Below the pieces are notes generated by a model. The model was not told the DNA's origin. It did not search any database and saw only the letters and a program-made list of their open reading frames with translations. Positions 52,252 through 62,434 of a stretch of 64,000 nt of DNA are shown in pieces. The stretch's first letter is position 1. Each line of letters opens with the position of its first letter. Both the position numbers and the translations under genes were made by a program. Origin of the DNA: Sulfolobales archaeon (GTDB taxonomy: Archaea > Thermoproteota > Thermoprotei_A > Sulfolobales > AG1). Where the stretch lies: positions 128,001-192,000 of the forward strand of contig JAWBYA010000001.1 in the NCBI GenBank assembly GCA_038867615.1, read 5' to 3'.

Positions 52252-52497
52252 TCACCCCGGCGGGCATGAGGAGCAATCCTCCTTAGCCTTATCATCTTGT
52301 GAGAGAATGATCGCTGCTGGCTTTCCCTTCTCCCTCTTACCCATGAGCTTCTTAAGTGTGAGGCATGTGTAATCCTCTGTCTCTTCATGTATGCTTGTAA
52401 GCCCGTCGATGAATTCTGGGAGTAAGGAGTATTCGTTCATTAGATGCTTCTTAAGCTCTTCAACTCTTTTCTCATAACTATCACTCATTTTGGTCAC
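52252..52497 (-). CDS. Small hypothetical protein heading the fdh operon
   Basis: 81 aa, stop 4 nt before the fdh alpha start, TATA upstream, C-terminal CSSC. Confidence 0.6.
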   Translation of the reverse strand: MTKMSDSYEKRVEELKKHLMNEYSLLPEFIDGLTSIHEETEDYTCLTLKKLMGKREKGKPAAIILSQDDKAKEDCSSCPPG

Positions 52498-52596
52498 CCT
52501 GTGTTATCCTTTTTTATTACCTACAGGGGTTTATAAATTTATATGCTCTATTATAAATGTGTATCTATTCTATGCGTTTTAATACACTATTTTAAC

Positions 52597-53472
52597 CTAG
52601 ATGTTAATGTCTCTGTATATCATATCAAGCAGTGCCTCTGCTATATATTTCTCAAATATATTGCTTGAGTCTTGAAGAGCATATGCGGCCAGCATGTAAG
52701 CACCCTTACTTAGATAGATCTTGAGCTCTTCATAGGGATCCCCTGTCTCTATAGTCCACCACAGACTCCCCCTAAGCCTCTCTCTAGGGATCCCTGATAG
52801 ATCCTTCACATCGAAGTCCCGAATAATCTCGATGTCACCATTAATAGGTCCCTCCGGGTAAGAGGCTGCTTTACCAATATCGCTCCTCCTATTTATATTA
52901 ATAATAACCATTGGATCGTAGCCGTGTTTCTTTATATCTATAAGCTGCACCTTTGGAGCCCCTCTATGGAGATCCGCGATCCTCGCCCTCCCAAGACCCC
53001 TCAGCCTCTCAAGAACAGCTATAGCGCTATCCCTCACAACAGCAATAACAGCTGTCTCAACAAGACCGTTTGGGAGTACTGGTGACACTACGTCGAAACC
53101 CCCTGTCCGTCTGATCATATGTCTGAGAAGATCTGCAGAGATATACGGCATATCAACTGGGACAGCTACAGCTATATCGCTTTGACAAGCATATAGAGCC
53201 GAGAGCAGCCCGGAGAGAGGGCCCACGAGGCCTTCTGTATCCTTCACAAAGACAGCATCCCCGACAACATCTCTATAAACCCTAGCCCTATCAAGAGAGC
53301 CTGATGCTATTATCACGTGGTTCGAGATCTTCCTCAACTCCCTATAGATCCTTAGGATCATGGGGATCCCGTCTATGGGGAAGAGAGCCTTATCAACCCA
53401 CGCCTCCCCAGGGCTCTGGAATCTCCTAGACATACCGCCACTCAGGATTATCCCGCAGACCATATAGCCCAC
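52597..53472 (-). CDS. mobA: Molybdenum cofactor guanylyltransferase
   Basis: ILSGGMSRRF, DKAL, GPLSG, VDMP, NIN. Confidence 0.88.
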   Translation of the reverse strand: MGYMVCGIILSGGMSRRFQSPGEAWVDKALFPIDGIPMILRIYRELRKISNHVIIASGSLDRARVYRDVVGDAVFVKDTEGLVGPLSGLLSALYACQSDIAVAVPVDMPYISADLLRHMIRRTGGFDVVSPVLPNGLVETAVIAVVRDSAIAVLERLRGLGRARIADLHRGAPKVQLIDIKKHGYDPMVIININRRSDIGKAASYPEGPINGDIEIIRDFDVKDLSGIPRERLRGSLWWTIETGDPYEELKIYLSKGAYMLAAYALQDSSNIFEKYIAEALLDMIYRDINI

Positions 53473-53550
53473 GATAAATGCTCCTCCCAGGTGATAAGCA
53501 TTGGGCTTGAAAGCTCAATAAGCCTCTATGCTATACATATCTGAAAGGGG

Positions 53551-54819
53551 ATCTCTATTAAGGGCTTTAAGCAGCTCGCACAACTCGACGAGGCTATAAA
53601 GGGCGCCCTTAGTAGTATAAGCCATAAGCCAGGGATCATCGAGGTAGGATTATCCGAAGCCCTGGGGAAACACCTAGCCGAGGATATAGTAGCAGAGATC
53701 GATGTTCCCCCCTTCGATAGAGCTGTTGTTGACGGATATGCTGTGAGAAGTAGGGATACGTTTGGAGCCTCTCCGAGAAACCCAGCTATCCTCAGGCTGA
53801 AGGGTATTGTGAGCATCGGCTCAAGGGTTGGTGAGCACGAGGTGTTTGAGGGAGAAGCCTTCGAGATCCAGACGGGGGCTCCTCTACCGAGGGGGGCTGA
53901 TGCCATTGTGATGTATGAGAATACAAGGAGGGTTGGTGATCAGTATGTCGAGATCTATGCACCAGTCCCCCCTATGGGGAACGTTTCTAGAAGGGGTGAG
54001 GATGTAAAGGCTGGTGATAAGATCTTTTCAAGGGGGCGTAGGCTCCAGCCATGGGATCTTGGTGTGATAGCCTCTCTAGGGATATCGAGGGTAAAGATCT
54101 ACAGGCTTGTCGTGTCAATAATATGCACTGGCAACGAGCTTATCGAGGTTGAGGATTTCGATAGGAGGGGCTATGAAGAGAGAGGGACTATTGTGAACAG
54201 CACGAGGCATGCTATAGAGGGGCTTGTGAGGAGCATGGGCTTCGAGGCAGTATATATGGGGGTTGTTAGGGATAATGAGGAGGAGATATACACATCGATC
54301 CTCAAGGCGCTTGAGAAAAGCGACGCGGTTATAACAACAGGAGGAATCTCAGTCGGCTCTTCCGATAACACTATAAAGGCTGTTATGAGGCTTGAACCGG
54401 AATATATGGTGCACGGCATAGCTATAAGGCCTGGGAGACCCACAAGCATAGCTGTGGTGAGGGGCAAGCCGATCATAATGCTAAGCGGCTTCCCAGTAGC
54501 AGCCATAACCGGGTTCGAGGCTCTAGCCAGGCCTATTCTACTAAACATGGTGGGGGCCGAGGATGAGCCGAGACCTGTGGTGAGAGGGATCCTTACCAGG
54601 AGGGTCTCTACCCCCATTAACACCAGATCCTTCGTCAGAGTGAGGATCTATAGGGGTGGTGATGGGAAGATATATATAGAGCCTCTAGCGCTCACGGGAA
54701 GCGGTATTCTGAGCACTCTCGTGAGGGGTAATGGGATACTGGTTGTTCCAGAGAATAGGGAGGGTTATGACGAGGGTGAAGAGGTTGAGGCGATACTGCT
54801 TAGAGGTATAGAGGAATAA
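53551..54819 (+). CDS. moeA: Molybdopterin molybdotransferase MoeA (start codon problematic)
   Basis: Frame open from 53545, encoding KGFKQL...LAEDI..DVPPFDRAVVDGYAVR upstream of the first canonical start at 53743; TGGIS, RPGRP, LSGFP. Confidence 0.88.
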   Translation: MSIKGFKQLAQLDEAIKGALSSISHKPGIIEVGLSEALGKHLAEDIVAEIDVPPFDRAVVDGYAVRSRDTFGASPRNPAILRLKGIVSIGSRVGEHEVFEGEAFEIQTGAPLPRGADAIVMYENTRRVGDQYVEIYAPVPPMGNVSRRGEDVKAGDKIFSRGRRLQPWDLGVIASLGISRVKIYRLVVSIICTGNELIEVEDFDRRGYEERGTIVNSTRHAIEGLVRSMGFEAVYMGVVRDNEEEIYTSILKALEKSDAVITTGGISVGSSDNTIKAVMRLEPEYMVHGIAIRPGRPTSIAVVRGKPIIMLSGFPVAAITGFEALARPILLNMVGAEDEPRPVVRGILTRRVSTPINTRSFVRVRIYRGGDGKIYIEPLALTGSGILSTLVRGNGILVVPENREGYDEGEEVEAILLRGIEE

Positions 54820-54832
54820 GAGGATCTCTATT

Positions 54833-56752
54833 CTACTCAGCCTTGATCGATGAGAGCTTTCTCCTCACAATCTCGGAGACGATCTTACCATCAACCCTGC
54901 CCCTCAGGATCTCCATAACCCTTCCCATCACATAGCCATAAGCCTTATCACCCCTCTTAGCCACTTCTTGTCTGTTCTTCTCTATAAAGTCCTCCACGAT
55001 CCTCTCAACCTCTTCGCTAGATAGCTTCCTAATACCTAGATCCTCTATAGCTTTGGAGGGCCTCACCCTCTTCTCACACACATACCTAATAATATCGGGG
55101 ATAGCTTCCTTGGAGAACATGTCTTTGGATAGGAGTTCAAAGATCTCTCCGAGGGTTTCTTCTGAGAGGGAATCTGTATCGACACCCTCAGCCCTTAGGG
55201 ATTTTAATGTGTTGATAAGTGTGGAGGCTATTAGGGAGGGCTGGACATTACCCCTATATTTTGAGACAAGCTCTTCATATAGGGGTAGGTATCTCGATCT
55301 TATAACCTGCTCGGCGAGCTCCCTACTAAGCCCGTGATCCTCTATGAATCTCTTCATCTTGGCCTCAAGAGGTTCTGGGACATATTTATCAGCCTCTCTT
55401 AAGAGCTCATCCGTGATCCTTAGTGGAGGTATGTCTGTCTCTGGATACATCCTCGCAGACCCTGGCTGTGGCCTCATATAATGCGTAGTCCCATCCTCAT
55501 TAGCAGCCCTGGTCTCTCTGGGGACGCCTTCGAAGGCCATTTTGATCCTCTCTATAACCATCTTGAAGGCTTTTAGAACCTTCTCCTTCTGATCAGCTAT
55601 AATTATGAAGGCGTCTTTCTCCATATCGAGGCTGAGGGATCCGTAGATCTTCTTGAGGAGAGCCTCATCGATACCGTATCCAGGGAGCTCGTCGCTGTGT
55701 ATTAAACCCCTAACCCCTCCCCACTGTCTGGCATAGTCGGCTAGCTCTGTGCCAAACCTCCTCCCAGGCCCTAGATCCCAGCCTAAGAGGCCCTTAAACC
55801 CTCTGAGTGGTAGGAGCATGGCAACGCCTCCTCTCTCTATAACGGATCTTAAGAGTTTGCTCCCACTTTCTCTAAGCATGCTGCTTACATCTACCAACAT
55901 CTCCTCAGAGATCCCGTTCTTATCGAGACCTCTTCTCATGATCTCGCTTCTCAGCTGGAGGAGTCTGTACTGCCTATAGGCTTCATACTCAACCACTTTT
56001 GATATTAGTTCGAGCCTCTGGACGCCTTTGATCTCTATTTTAGAGCCACCCTTTATAGAGATATTTAGATCCTGTCTAATCGTTCCAAGCCCTCTCTTAA
56101 CCTTGCCAGTGAGCCTCAGGATCATACCGATCTTGTAGGCAACCCTCTCAGCCTGCTCAGGGCTATGTATGTCAGGACCTGTCGAGATCTCTATCAAGGG
56201 GATTCCGAGTCTGTCGAGGCAGTAGATAACAGTACCATCTTCTTCCCCAAGCTTTCTAGCAGAGTCCTCCTCGAGCGTTACACTCTGGATCCTGACAACC
56301 CCTTCCTCATCATCAATATACCCCCCGAGGGCTATGACAGCTGTTCTCTGGAAACCACTGGTATTGGAGCCATCGACAACTATTTTTCTCATCACATGGA
56401 TCTCGTCTACGTGTGATGCGTGGAGGGCTTTGGCTATTGCTAGGGCTATGATCACGGCCTCCCTATTGATCGGGTGGGGAGGTTCTTCGTCAAGCTCGAC
56501 AAGGCATGTCACCTCGGGGGGAGCGAGGTATTTGAATAGCCTTCCCCTCTGGTACTCGAATAGAGCCGCGGGATCTATCTCTCCAAGCTCGCTCCTACTA
56601 GCCCTAAGCCTCCTAATAATAACAGGAGATCCTTCAGGGTTATCTACAATCCTTGCTGGGCAGTTGCAGAAAAGCTTGGTTTCTGTATCAAGCTGCTGGT
56701 GTATCTCGAGACCCACTATTAAGCCGAGCTCCTTATAGTCAAGCCTATACAT
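54833..56752 (-). CDS. gatE: Glu-tRNA(Gln) amidotransferase subunit E
   Basis: GLEIHQQL, DEEPPH, MRK.VVDGSNTSGFQRT, RRFGTE, RMYPETD. Confidence 0.97.
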   Translation of the reverse strand: MYRLDYKELGLIVGLEIHQQLDTETKLFCNCPARIVDNPEGSPVIIRRLRASRSELGEIDPAALFEYQRGRLFKYLAPPEVTCLVELDEEPPHPINREAVIIALAIAKALHASHVDEIHVMRKIVVDGSNTSGFQRTAVIALGGYIDDEEGVVRIQSVTLEEDSARKLGEEDGTVIYCLDRLGIPLIEISTGPDIHSPEQAERVAYKIGMILRLTGKVKRGLGTIRQDLNISIKGGSKIEIKGVQRLELISKVVEYEAYRQYRLLQLRSEIMRRGLDKNGISEEMLVDVSSMLRESGSKLLRSVIERGGVAMLLPLRGFKGLLGWDLGPGRRFGTELADYARQWGGVRGLIHSDELPGYGIDEALLKKIYGSLSLDMEKDAFIIIADQKEKVLKAFKMVIERIKMAFEGVPRETRAANEDGTTHYMRPQPGSARMYPETDIPPLRITDELLREADKYVPEPLEAKMKRFIEDHGLSRELAEQVIRSRYLPLYEELVSKYRGNVQPSLIASTLINTLKSLRAEGVDTDSLSEETLGEIFELLSKDMFSKEAIPDIIRYVCEKRVRPSKAIEDLGIRKLSSEEVERIVEDFIEKNRQEVAKRGDKAYGYVMGRVMEILRGRVDGKIVSEIVRRKLSSIKAE

Positions 56753-56829
56753 AATCCTCCTCCCAATCTATCTCTCTACTAGTGCTTATTTACTAGACCA
56801 TAGCTATGTATCCAGGCTAATCATAGCTA

Positions 56830-57621
56830 TTAGGCTCTCCCCAATGTTAAGTATAGCTTTGAGAGCATCTCCGCTCGATCGCTTCTTCTAACAAGACCAG
56901 TGCCTATTAGGCAGGCGTCGGCGCCCGACTCTCTAGCCATCCATATATCATCTAGATCCTTCATACCGCTCTCGGCAACTATTAATAGGTCTGGATATTC
57001 CTTCTTAGCGTATTTAATGATTCCCAGCATGTTATTCACACTCACCTCCAATGTCTCTAGATCCCTTGAATTCACACCAACAATCCTTGGTGATAGTGTT
57101 CTCATAACAGTGTCTAGGGTATCTATGCTGCCCACCTCGACCAGGGGTTCTAAACCTAGTGATTCTGAATAGGTATAAAGATCTCTGAGCTCTACGGGAT
57201 CGAGCGCCTCGGCTATTAGAAGCGCTGAGGAGGCACCGGCATTCTTGTAAATATCGATCTGATCTTTATAGAACACGAAACCCTTAGCAAGGATAGGACC
57301 GCTCCACCCAAGACGCCTCAGCATGCCGATATATTCTGGAGATCCTGAGAACCACTCCCTCTCAACTATGACCGAGAAGCCGGCTACATAGCTCTGGAGC
57401 TGGTAGTAGTAATCCCTTATATCGATGCCTAGATCTATTATGCCTGTTGGCGATGCCCTCTTATACTCAGCTATAATAGCTATCCCCCTCTCCCTCCTCC
57501 ACCTAGCCACCTCGCTAGAGAGGCTGGCTGTATAGGCTTTGATTGGCTCGTCATCATTAGCTGCTAGGGAGAAGATCCCTATTCTTCTCCACCTATCCCT
57601 CACATCACTCAGAAAACCCAT
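56830..57621 (-). CDS. trpC: Indole-3-glycerol-phosphate synthase
   Basis: IAEYKRASP, LVEV, GVNSRDL, AESG. Confidence 0.9.
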   Translation of the reverse strand: MGFLSDVRDRWRRIGIFSLAANDDEPIKAYTASLSSEVARWRRERGIAIIAEYKRASPTGIIDLGIDIRDYYYQLQSYVAGFSVIVEREWFSGSPEYIGMLRRLGWSGPILAKGFVFYKDQIDIYKNAGASSALLIAEALDPVELRDLYTYSESLGLEPLVEVGSIDTLDTVMRTLSPRIVGVNSRDLETLEVSVNNMLGIIKYAKKEYPDLLIVAESGMKDLDDIWMARESGADACLIGTGLVRRSDRAEMLSKLYLTLGRA

Positions 57622-57627
57622 AATACT

Positions 57628-58209
57628 CTACCTCCTAGCTATGTCGAGGAAAGCACCAAGGATCTTTCTACCCACCTGTGTCCCAACGCTCTCAGGATGG
57701 AACTGAACTCCGAAGAGTGGGTATGTGGTGTGATGGATCCCCATGATCTCGTTATCATCGAGGCTTATAGAATCGATAACAAGGGTTGGGGGAGGGTTGT
57801 CGATAACATAGCTATGATACCTCATGGCTTCGAAAACCTCTGGCAGATCTCTGTAGAGCTGTCCTCCGAAATGCCTGATCCTGCTTGTCTTTCCATGATA
57901 GATCTTCCTTGCCTTCCTGATCGTCGCGCCCATCGCGAGGCCTATGATCTGGTGTCCCAGACATACACCCAGTATTGGTTTCTCTTTATAGAATTTCTCG
58001 ACAACGATCCTGCTATACCCGATATCCTCAGCCTTCCTAGGATCTCCGGGGCCTGGTGATATTATTATTGCCTCGGGATCTAGTTTTAAGATCTTCTCTG
58101 GGTCTGCTTGATCATTCCTGAGTATATGTATCTCCTTGCTAGAGATACTCCTTATGATCTGGTAGATGTTATATACAAAGCTATCATAGTTATCTATTAT
58201 GATGATCAT
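57628..58209 (-). CDS. trpG: Anthranilate synthase component II
   Basis: IDNYDSF, SPGPG, GVCLGHQ, RYHS, QFHPES. Confidence 0.95.
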   Translation of the reverse strand: MIIIIDNYDSFVYNIYQIIRSISSKEIHILRNDQADPEKILKLDPEAIIISPGPGDPRKAEDIGYSRIVVEKFYKEKPILGVCLGHQIIGLAMGATIRKARKIYHGKTSRIRHFGGQLYRDLPEVFEAMRYHSYVIDNPPPTLVIDSISLDDNEIMGIHHTTYPLFGVQFHPESVGTQVGRKILGAFLDIARR

Positions 58210-59519
58210 CGATCTCCCCCTAGGAGCCTCTCTATTATCGACATCTTATTCTCTGTCTCAATATACTCATCACGGGGCTTAGAATCTATAACGATCCCCG
58301 CTCCTGCTTGGAGCCTTAAGCGTTCCCTGTGGAAAACAGCAGTCCTGATCGTTATTGCGAAGTTCATATAGAGATCCTCTATATAGCCGATAGCACCAGC
58401 ATAGATCCCCCTGGGTGTTCCCTCGAAAGCAGATATCAACCACATAGCCCTATGCTTAGGAGCACCGGTTACTGTTCCAGCTGGGAAGAGGGATCTGAAC
58501 GCCTCGAAGGATTCATCAAAGCTTCTCAGAGACCCCCTAACCCTGCTCACGAGATGGATAACGTTGGGGAGGATCTGGGGGAACATGAGTCTCGAGACTT
58601 TTACAGATCCTGGGATACAGATCCTTCCGAGATCGTTTCTAGCAAGATCAACAAGCATCATATGCTCAGCCCTCTCCTTAGCGTTTGACAAGAGCCTCAT
58701 ATAGATCTCTCTATCCATACCCCTAACCCTCCTCCTAGTACCGGCTACTGGGAACGTATCCACTGTATTGCCTCTAGCCACTATAAGGGGCTCCGGGCTT
58801 GCACCAACAACCCAGAGATCCCCGGATCTGATGACATATAGATAGGGATTCCCCTCAACATTCGCCGAGAGTTTCTTATAGAGGTGGAGAGGATCCCCAG
58901 AATACCTATAGATCTTATACCTAGAGAGCACTATCTGGAACACCTCGCCATCGTGTATCCTTTCCTTAGCCCTCTCAACAAGATCCATGAATGCTCTCTC
59001 ATCATGAGAGACCAGCTCTAACTCCGCCTCGAGAGCCCTGCTTTTATTCCCATATATTTTCGAATAACTCGATCCCCAGGGAGAGGCTAGCTCCGCATAG
59101 CCACTGCATAGATCTATAGAGACATAGGTCTCCGGGACCATGAATAGCGCGAGGGGATAGCGGTCATCAATATTAATCGAGCCTAGGCTTTTCTCGACAT
59201 ATACTAATGACTCGTAGGATACGAGGCCGAGGATCGGTATGCCTCTCCTAACCCTCCTCACATACCTGCTAATAGCAGCGAGATCTGCAAATGGATCTCC
59301 CGTGATAGCTATCTCTCCAGACCCTCTCCCCTCAATAATAGCCCCGGTTCTCCTAAGCTCATACAAGATCCTGGGTTTCAGCACTGCTATAAGCCTCCCA
59401 CACCCCCTCTCGTAAGCTCCAGAGTAGTAGAATACACCGAAGCTATCCCCGCCCAAGAGACCCTCGATCTTCTGGGCGCTCTCGGCAAGACTATATCTAG
59501 GTATTACACCCAAACCCAT
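58206..59519 (-). CDS. trpE: Anthranilate synthase component I
   Basis: GEVFQIVLS, ASPE, KERAEH.MLVDLARND, PAGTVTGAPK. Confidence 0.94.
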   Translation of the reverse strand: MGLGVIPRYSLAESAQKIEGLLGGDSFGVFYYSGAYERGCGRLIAVLKPRILYELRRTGAIIEGRGSGEIAITGDPFADLAAISRYVRRVRRGIPILGLVSYESLVYVEKSLGSINIDDRYPLALFMVPETYVSIDLCSGYAELASPWGSSYSKIYGNKSRALEAELELVSHDERAFMDLVERAKERIHDGEVFQIVLSRYKIYRYSGDPLHLYKKLSANVEGNPYLYVIRSGDLWVVGASPEPLIVARGNTVDTFPVAGTRRRVRGMDREIYMRLLSNAKERAEHMMLVDLARNDLGRICIPGSVKVSRLMFPQILPNVIHLVSRVRGSLRSFDESFEAFRSLFPAGTVTGAPKHRAMWLISAFEGTPRGIYAGAIGYIEDLYMNFAITIRTAVFHRERLRLQAGAGIVIDSKPRDEYIETENKMSIIERLLGGDR

Positions 59520-59521
59520 GG

Positions 59522-60169
59522 CTATATAACCCCCGCAGCTTCTATGAGCTTTCTAACAAGCATGGGATCCTTCTTTCCGAAAGAGGTCTCAACACCGCTG
59601 CTCACATCTATCACATCAGGCCTCACAGGCTTGAGGTTAGAGATATTGTTGGGCGTTATGCCGCCAGCTACGCCGCAGGGTCTATAGGATCTACATGCTG
59701 CTGTGTAAACACTTATTGGGAGCTTTAGCCCCGAGGCTTCGGCAGGTGCAGTGTCTTTTGGAGCATCGAATAATACATACTCAATAGCGTTGCTAAAGAT
59801 CGTGAGGTGTTTTGTGGTGCTCTCCATATCGGGGTTGGTATTATTCTTAATAATGATTACTGGTATTACTCTGTAACCCATTGTCGACAGGATCTCTATA
59901 TCCTTAGGGCTATAACTATAGTGGAGCTGGAGGGTCTCGATGGGATCGAGCCTCTCTATATATTTATCCAGGACATCTCTACCGGTGATCACGGCAACGA
60001 CTCTGGATTTCGATAGCGTTCTGCTTGCATCTATAATCATATCAATCCCCACAGCCCTTCTAGAACCCTCGAGGATCATCCCGACATATCGGGCTCCAGC
60101 AGCCTCTACTGCTATAGCATCCTCTATGGACATGACACCGCAGATCTTAACCGCTGCCAAGGCCAGCAA
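59522..60169 (-). CDS. trpF: Phosphoribosylanthranilate isomerase
   Basis: VKICG, LQLH, AGGI.P.N, DVSSGVE. Confidence 0.9.
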   Translation of the reverse strand: MLALAAVKICGVMSIEDAIAVEAAGARYVGMILEGSRRAVGIDMIIDASRTLSKSRVVAVITGRDVLDKYIERLDPIETLQLHYSYSPKDIEILSTMGYRVIPVIIIKNNTNPDMESTTKHLTIFSNAIEYVLFDAPKDTAPAEASGLKLPISVYTAACRSYRPCGVAGGITPNNISNLKPVRPDVIDVSSGVETSFGKKDPMLVRKLIEAAGVI

Positions 60170-61166
60170 GCCTCCTAGCAGTAGCTACGATCCTGCCGAG
60201 CTTCCTCCACGCCGAACCACTAACTATTTCTCTATAGGCTTTCTCATACCCCTCCTCTATGGAGCCGGCTTCGCCAGCAACGTAGAGGGCTAGTCCAGCG
60301 TTGATCGCTATGAAGGATGTTAAGCCCTTATCCTCGCCCCTCAGGCCCCGCACCCCCTTTTCAATGATCTCCTCCCTGGTTTGTCCAGATATGTGGTTGA
60401 TCGGGATCTCCTCTAAGCCAAGGGTCTTTGGAGATATTGTTATCTCCTCCACAGATCCCCTCTTGATAATAGCAATGCTAGGCCCGCTTGGTGAGAGCTC
60501 ATCCATACCTGGATGGCCTGTTATAACAGCGAATCTGCGTAGATCTATCTCCTCCACAGCTCTATAGATCAGTTTAACCATGTTTGGGCTGGGTACACCT
60601 ATAACCTGGATCTTTGGGTTGGCTGGGTTGGCTAGAGGCGCTGCTAGGTTGAATATTGTTCTTATCCCAAGCCTCTTCCTTACAGGTGCTACCGCCTTCA
60701 AAGCTTGGTGATACTTAGGTGCGTAGAGATAGGCATACCCCTCAAGCCTGAGAAGCTCTTCAGCAACATCTGCTCCATGCTCTATCGGGTATCCGAGAGC
60801 CTCCATAAAGTCGGCCGATCCAACGAGGCTGGAGAAGCCTCTGTTACCGTGCTTTGCAACGGGAACCCCTATGGATGCCACTACTATTGATGCTAGCGTT
60901 GATGCATTGATAGTGTTTAGACCATCGCCCCCGGTTCCAACAATATCCATGGCATCCCCAACCCTTACTTTTACAGCATTGTCTCTCAGTGCTCTCACAA
61001 AACCCCTGATCTCCTGGGGCTCCTCGCCCTTCACCCTCAGCCCCATAAGTATTGCTGAGATCTCTATCGGATCCACAGCTCCTCTGAGCATATCTACGCA
61101 TAGATTGTAGGCCTCATCCTCTCTGAGCCCTTGTCTCTCAGCTATTCTAGCTATATAGCTAGCCAT
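60147..61166 (-). CDS. trpD: Anthranilate phosphoribosyltransferase
   Basis: GTGGDG, KHGNR, GSAD, RT.FN. Confidence 0.95.
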   Translation of the reverse strand: MASYIARIAERQGLREDEAYNLCVDMLRGAVDPIEISAILMGLRVKGEEPQEIRGFVRALRDNAVKVRVGDAMDIVGTGGDGLNTINASTLASIVVASIGVPVAKHGNRGFSSLVGSADFMEALGYPIEHGADVAEELLRLEGYAYLYAPKYHQALKAVAPVRKRLGIRTIFNLAAPLANPANPKIQVIGVPSPNMVKLIYRAVEEIDLRRFAVITGHPGMDELSPSGPSIAIIKRGSVEEITISPKTLGLEEIPINHISGQTREEIIEKGVRGLRGEDKGLTSFIAINAGLALYVAGEAGSIEEGYEKAYREIVSGSAWRKLGRIVATARRLAGLGSG

Positions 61167-61168
61167 AT

Positions 61169-62428
61169 CTACACCCCGTAGAAGTCCTGGTCATAGAGTC
61201 CATGTCCACTCAGGTTCACTAGAATCGTTATCTCCCTATCACCAGCCTTCTTAGCCTCCTCTATAGCGGCTGCTATTGCGTGGGCACTCTCGGGTGCCGG
61301 TAATATCCCTTCGGATCTGTAGAATAGTAGTCCAGCCTCCCTAGCCTGGTCGGGTGTATAGGCTCTGGGTTCTACAAACCCCTCCATAATCAGTATTGAG
61401 AGGCTTGGAGCGACGCCATGGTATCTCAGCCCTGCTGCCCTTATAGATGGGGGGATGAAGTTCCTGCCAAGCGTGAGCATCTTTATCATTGGGAGGGCTC
61501 CGCCTGTGTCGGGGTGTTCATACATATAGGCTCCTTTGGTCATCTTTGGAACCAGGCTGCTCTCTGCACCAACTATTCTGGGGGGCTTCTCTCCCCTCCT
61601 AATAGCCTCGCCGTAGAATGGGTAGGAGATCCCGGCTAGGTTTGACCCGCCGCCTACACAGCCTATTATTACGGAGGGCTCTTCACCCTCTCTCCTCATC
61701 TGCTCCATAGCCTCAAGGCCTATCACGCTCTGGTGGATCAATACGTATTCCATAACACTCCCAGGGATATACCTCTTAGACCAAGGATCCTTGAGGACTG
61801 TCTCAACAGCCTCGCTGATCGCTATACCAAGACTGCCTGGATGGTTTGGGTCTTGTTTTAGGAAACCCCTGCCAGTCTCTGTTAGATCCGAGGGGCTTGG
61901 ATAAACCTCAGCCCCGTTCTCCATCATGAGCTTTACTCTCTTACTCTTAGACAGATAGCTAGATCTGGTCATAAAGATCTGTGACTTCAGTCCCAGCATA
62001 TTTGAGGCTATAGATACAGCCAGTCCCCACTGCCCCGCACCAGTCTCGGTAACTACAACGCCATAGCCTTCTTTATATGTGTAGTATGCCTGGGCGACAG
62101 CGGTGTTGAGTTTATGGCTCCCGCTTGGTAGGGAGCCTTCGTATTTATAATAGATCTTTGCCCGTGTGTTGAGGAGCTTCTCAAGCCCTCTAGCCCTTAG
62201 GAGTGGTGTTGGTCTCCCTATCTCTCTATATATGTTTCTAACATCTGCTGGGATCTCTATATATCGTTCGAAGGAGAACTCCTGGTCTATTAGGTGGTGT
62301 GGGAGGATCTCTTTAAGCCTGTCTACGAGCGATGACTCAGAGTCTAGAGGATCTATAGGGGGTGGGACTGGTCTTGGTAGGTCTGGTGCTATGTTATACC
62401 AATACCTCGGGATCAGATCCTCGCCCAT
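61169..62428 (-). CDS. trpB: Tryptophan synthase beta chain, TrpB2 type
   Basis: WYNI..DLP, GSHKLNTA, TETGAGQWG, GGGSN, APESAHA, NLSGHG. Confidence 0.95.
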   Translation of the reverse strand: MGEDLIPRYWYNIAPDLPRPVPPPIDPLDSESSLVDRLKEILPHHLIDQEFSFERYIEIPADVRNIYREIGRPTPLLRARGLEKLLNTRAKIYYKYEGSLPSGSHKLNTAVAQAYYTYKEGYGVVVTETGAGQWGLAVSIASNMLGLKSQIFMTRSSYLSKSKRVKLMMENGAEVYPSPSDLTETGRGFLKQDPNHPGSLGIAISEAVETVLKDPWSKRYIPGSVMEYVLIHQSVIGLEAMEQMRREGEEPSVIIGCVGGGSNLAGISYPFYGEAIRRGEKPPRIVGAESSLVPKMTKGAYMYEHPDTGGALPMIKMLTLGRNFIPPSIRAAGLRYHGVAPSLSILIMEGFVEPRAYTPDQAREAGLLFYRSEGILPAPESAHAIAAAIEEAKKAGDREITILVNLSGHGLYDQDFYGV

Positions 62429-62434
62429 CGCTCC

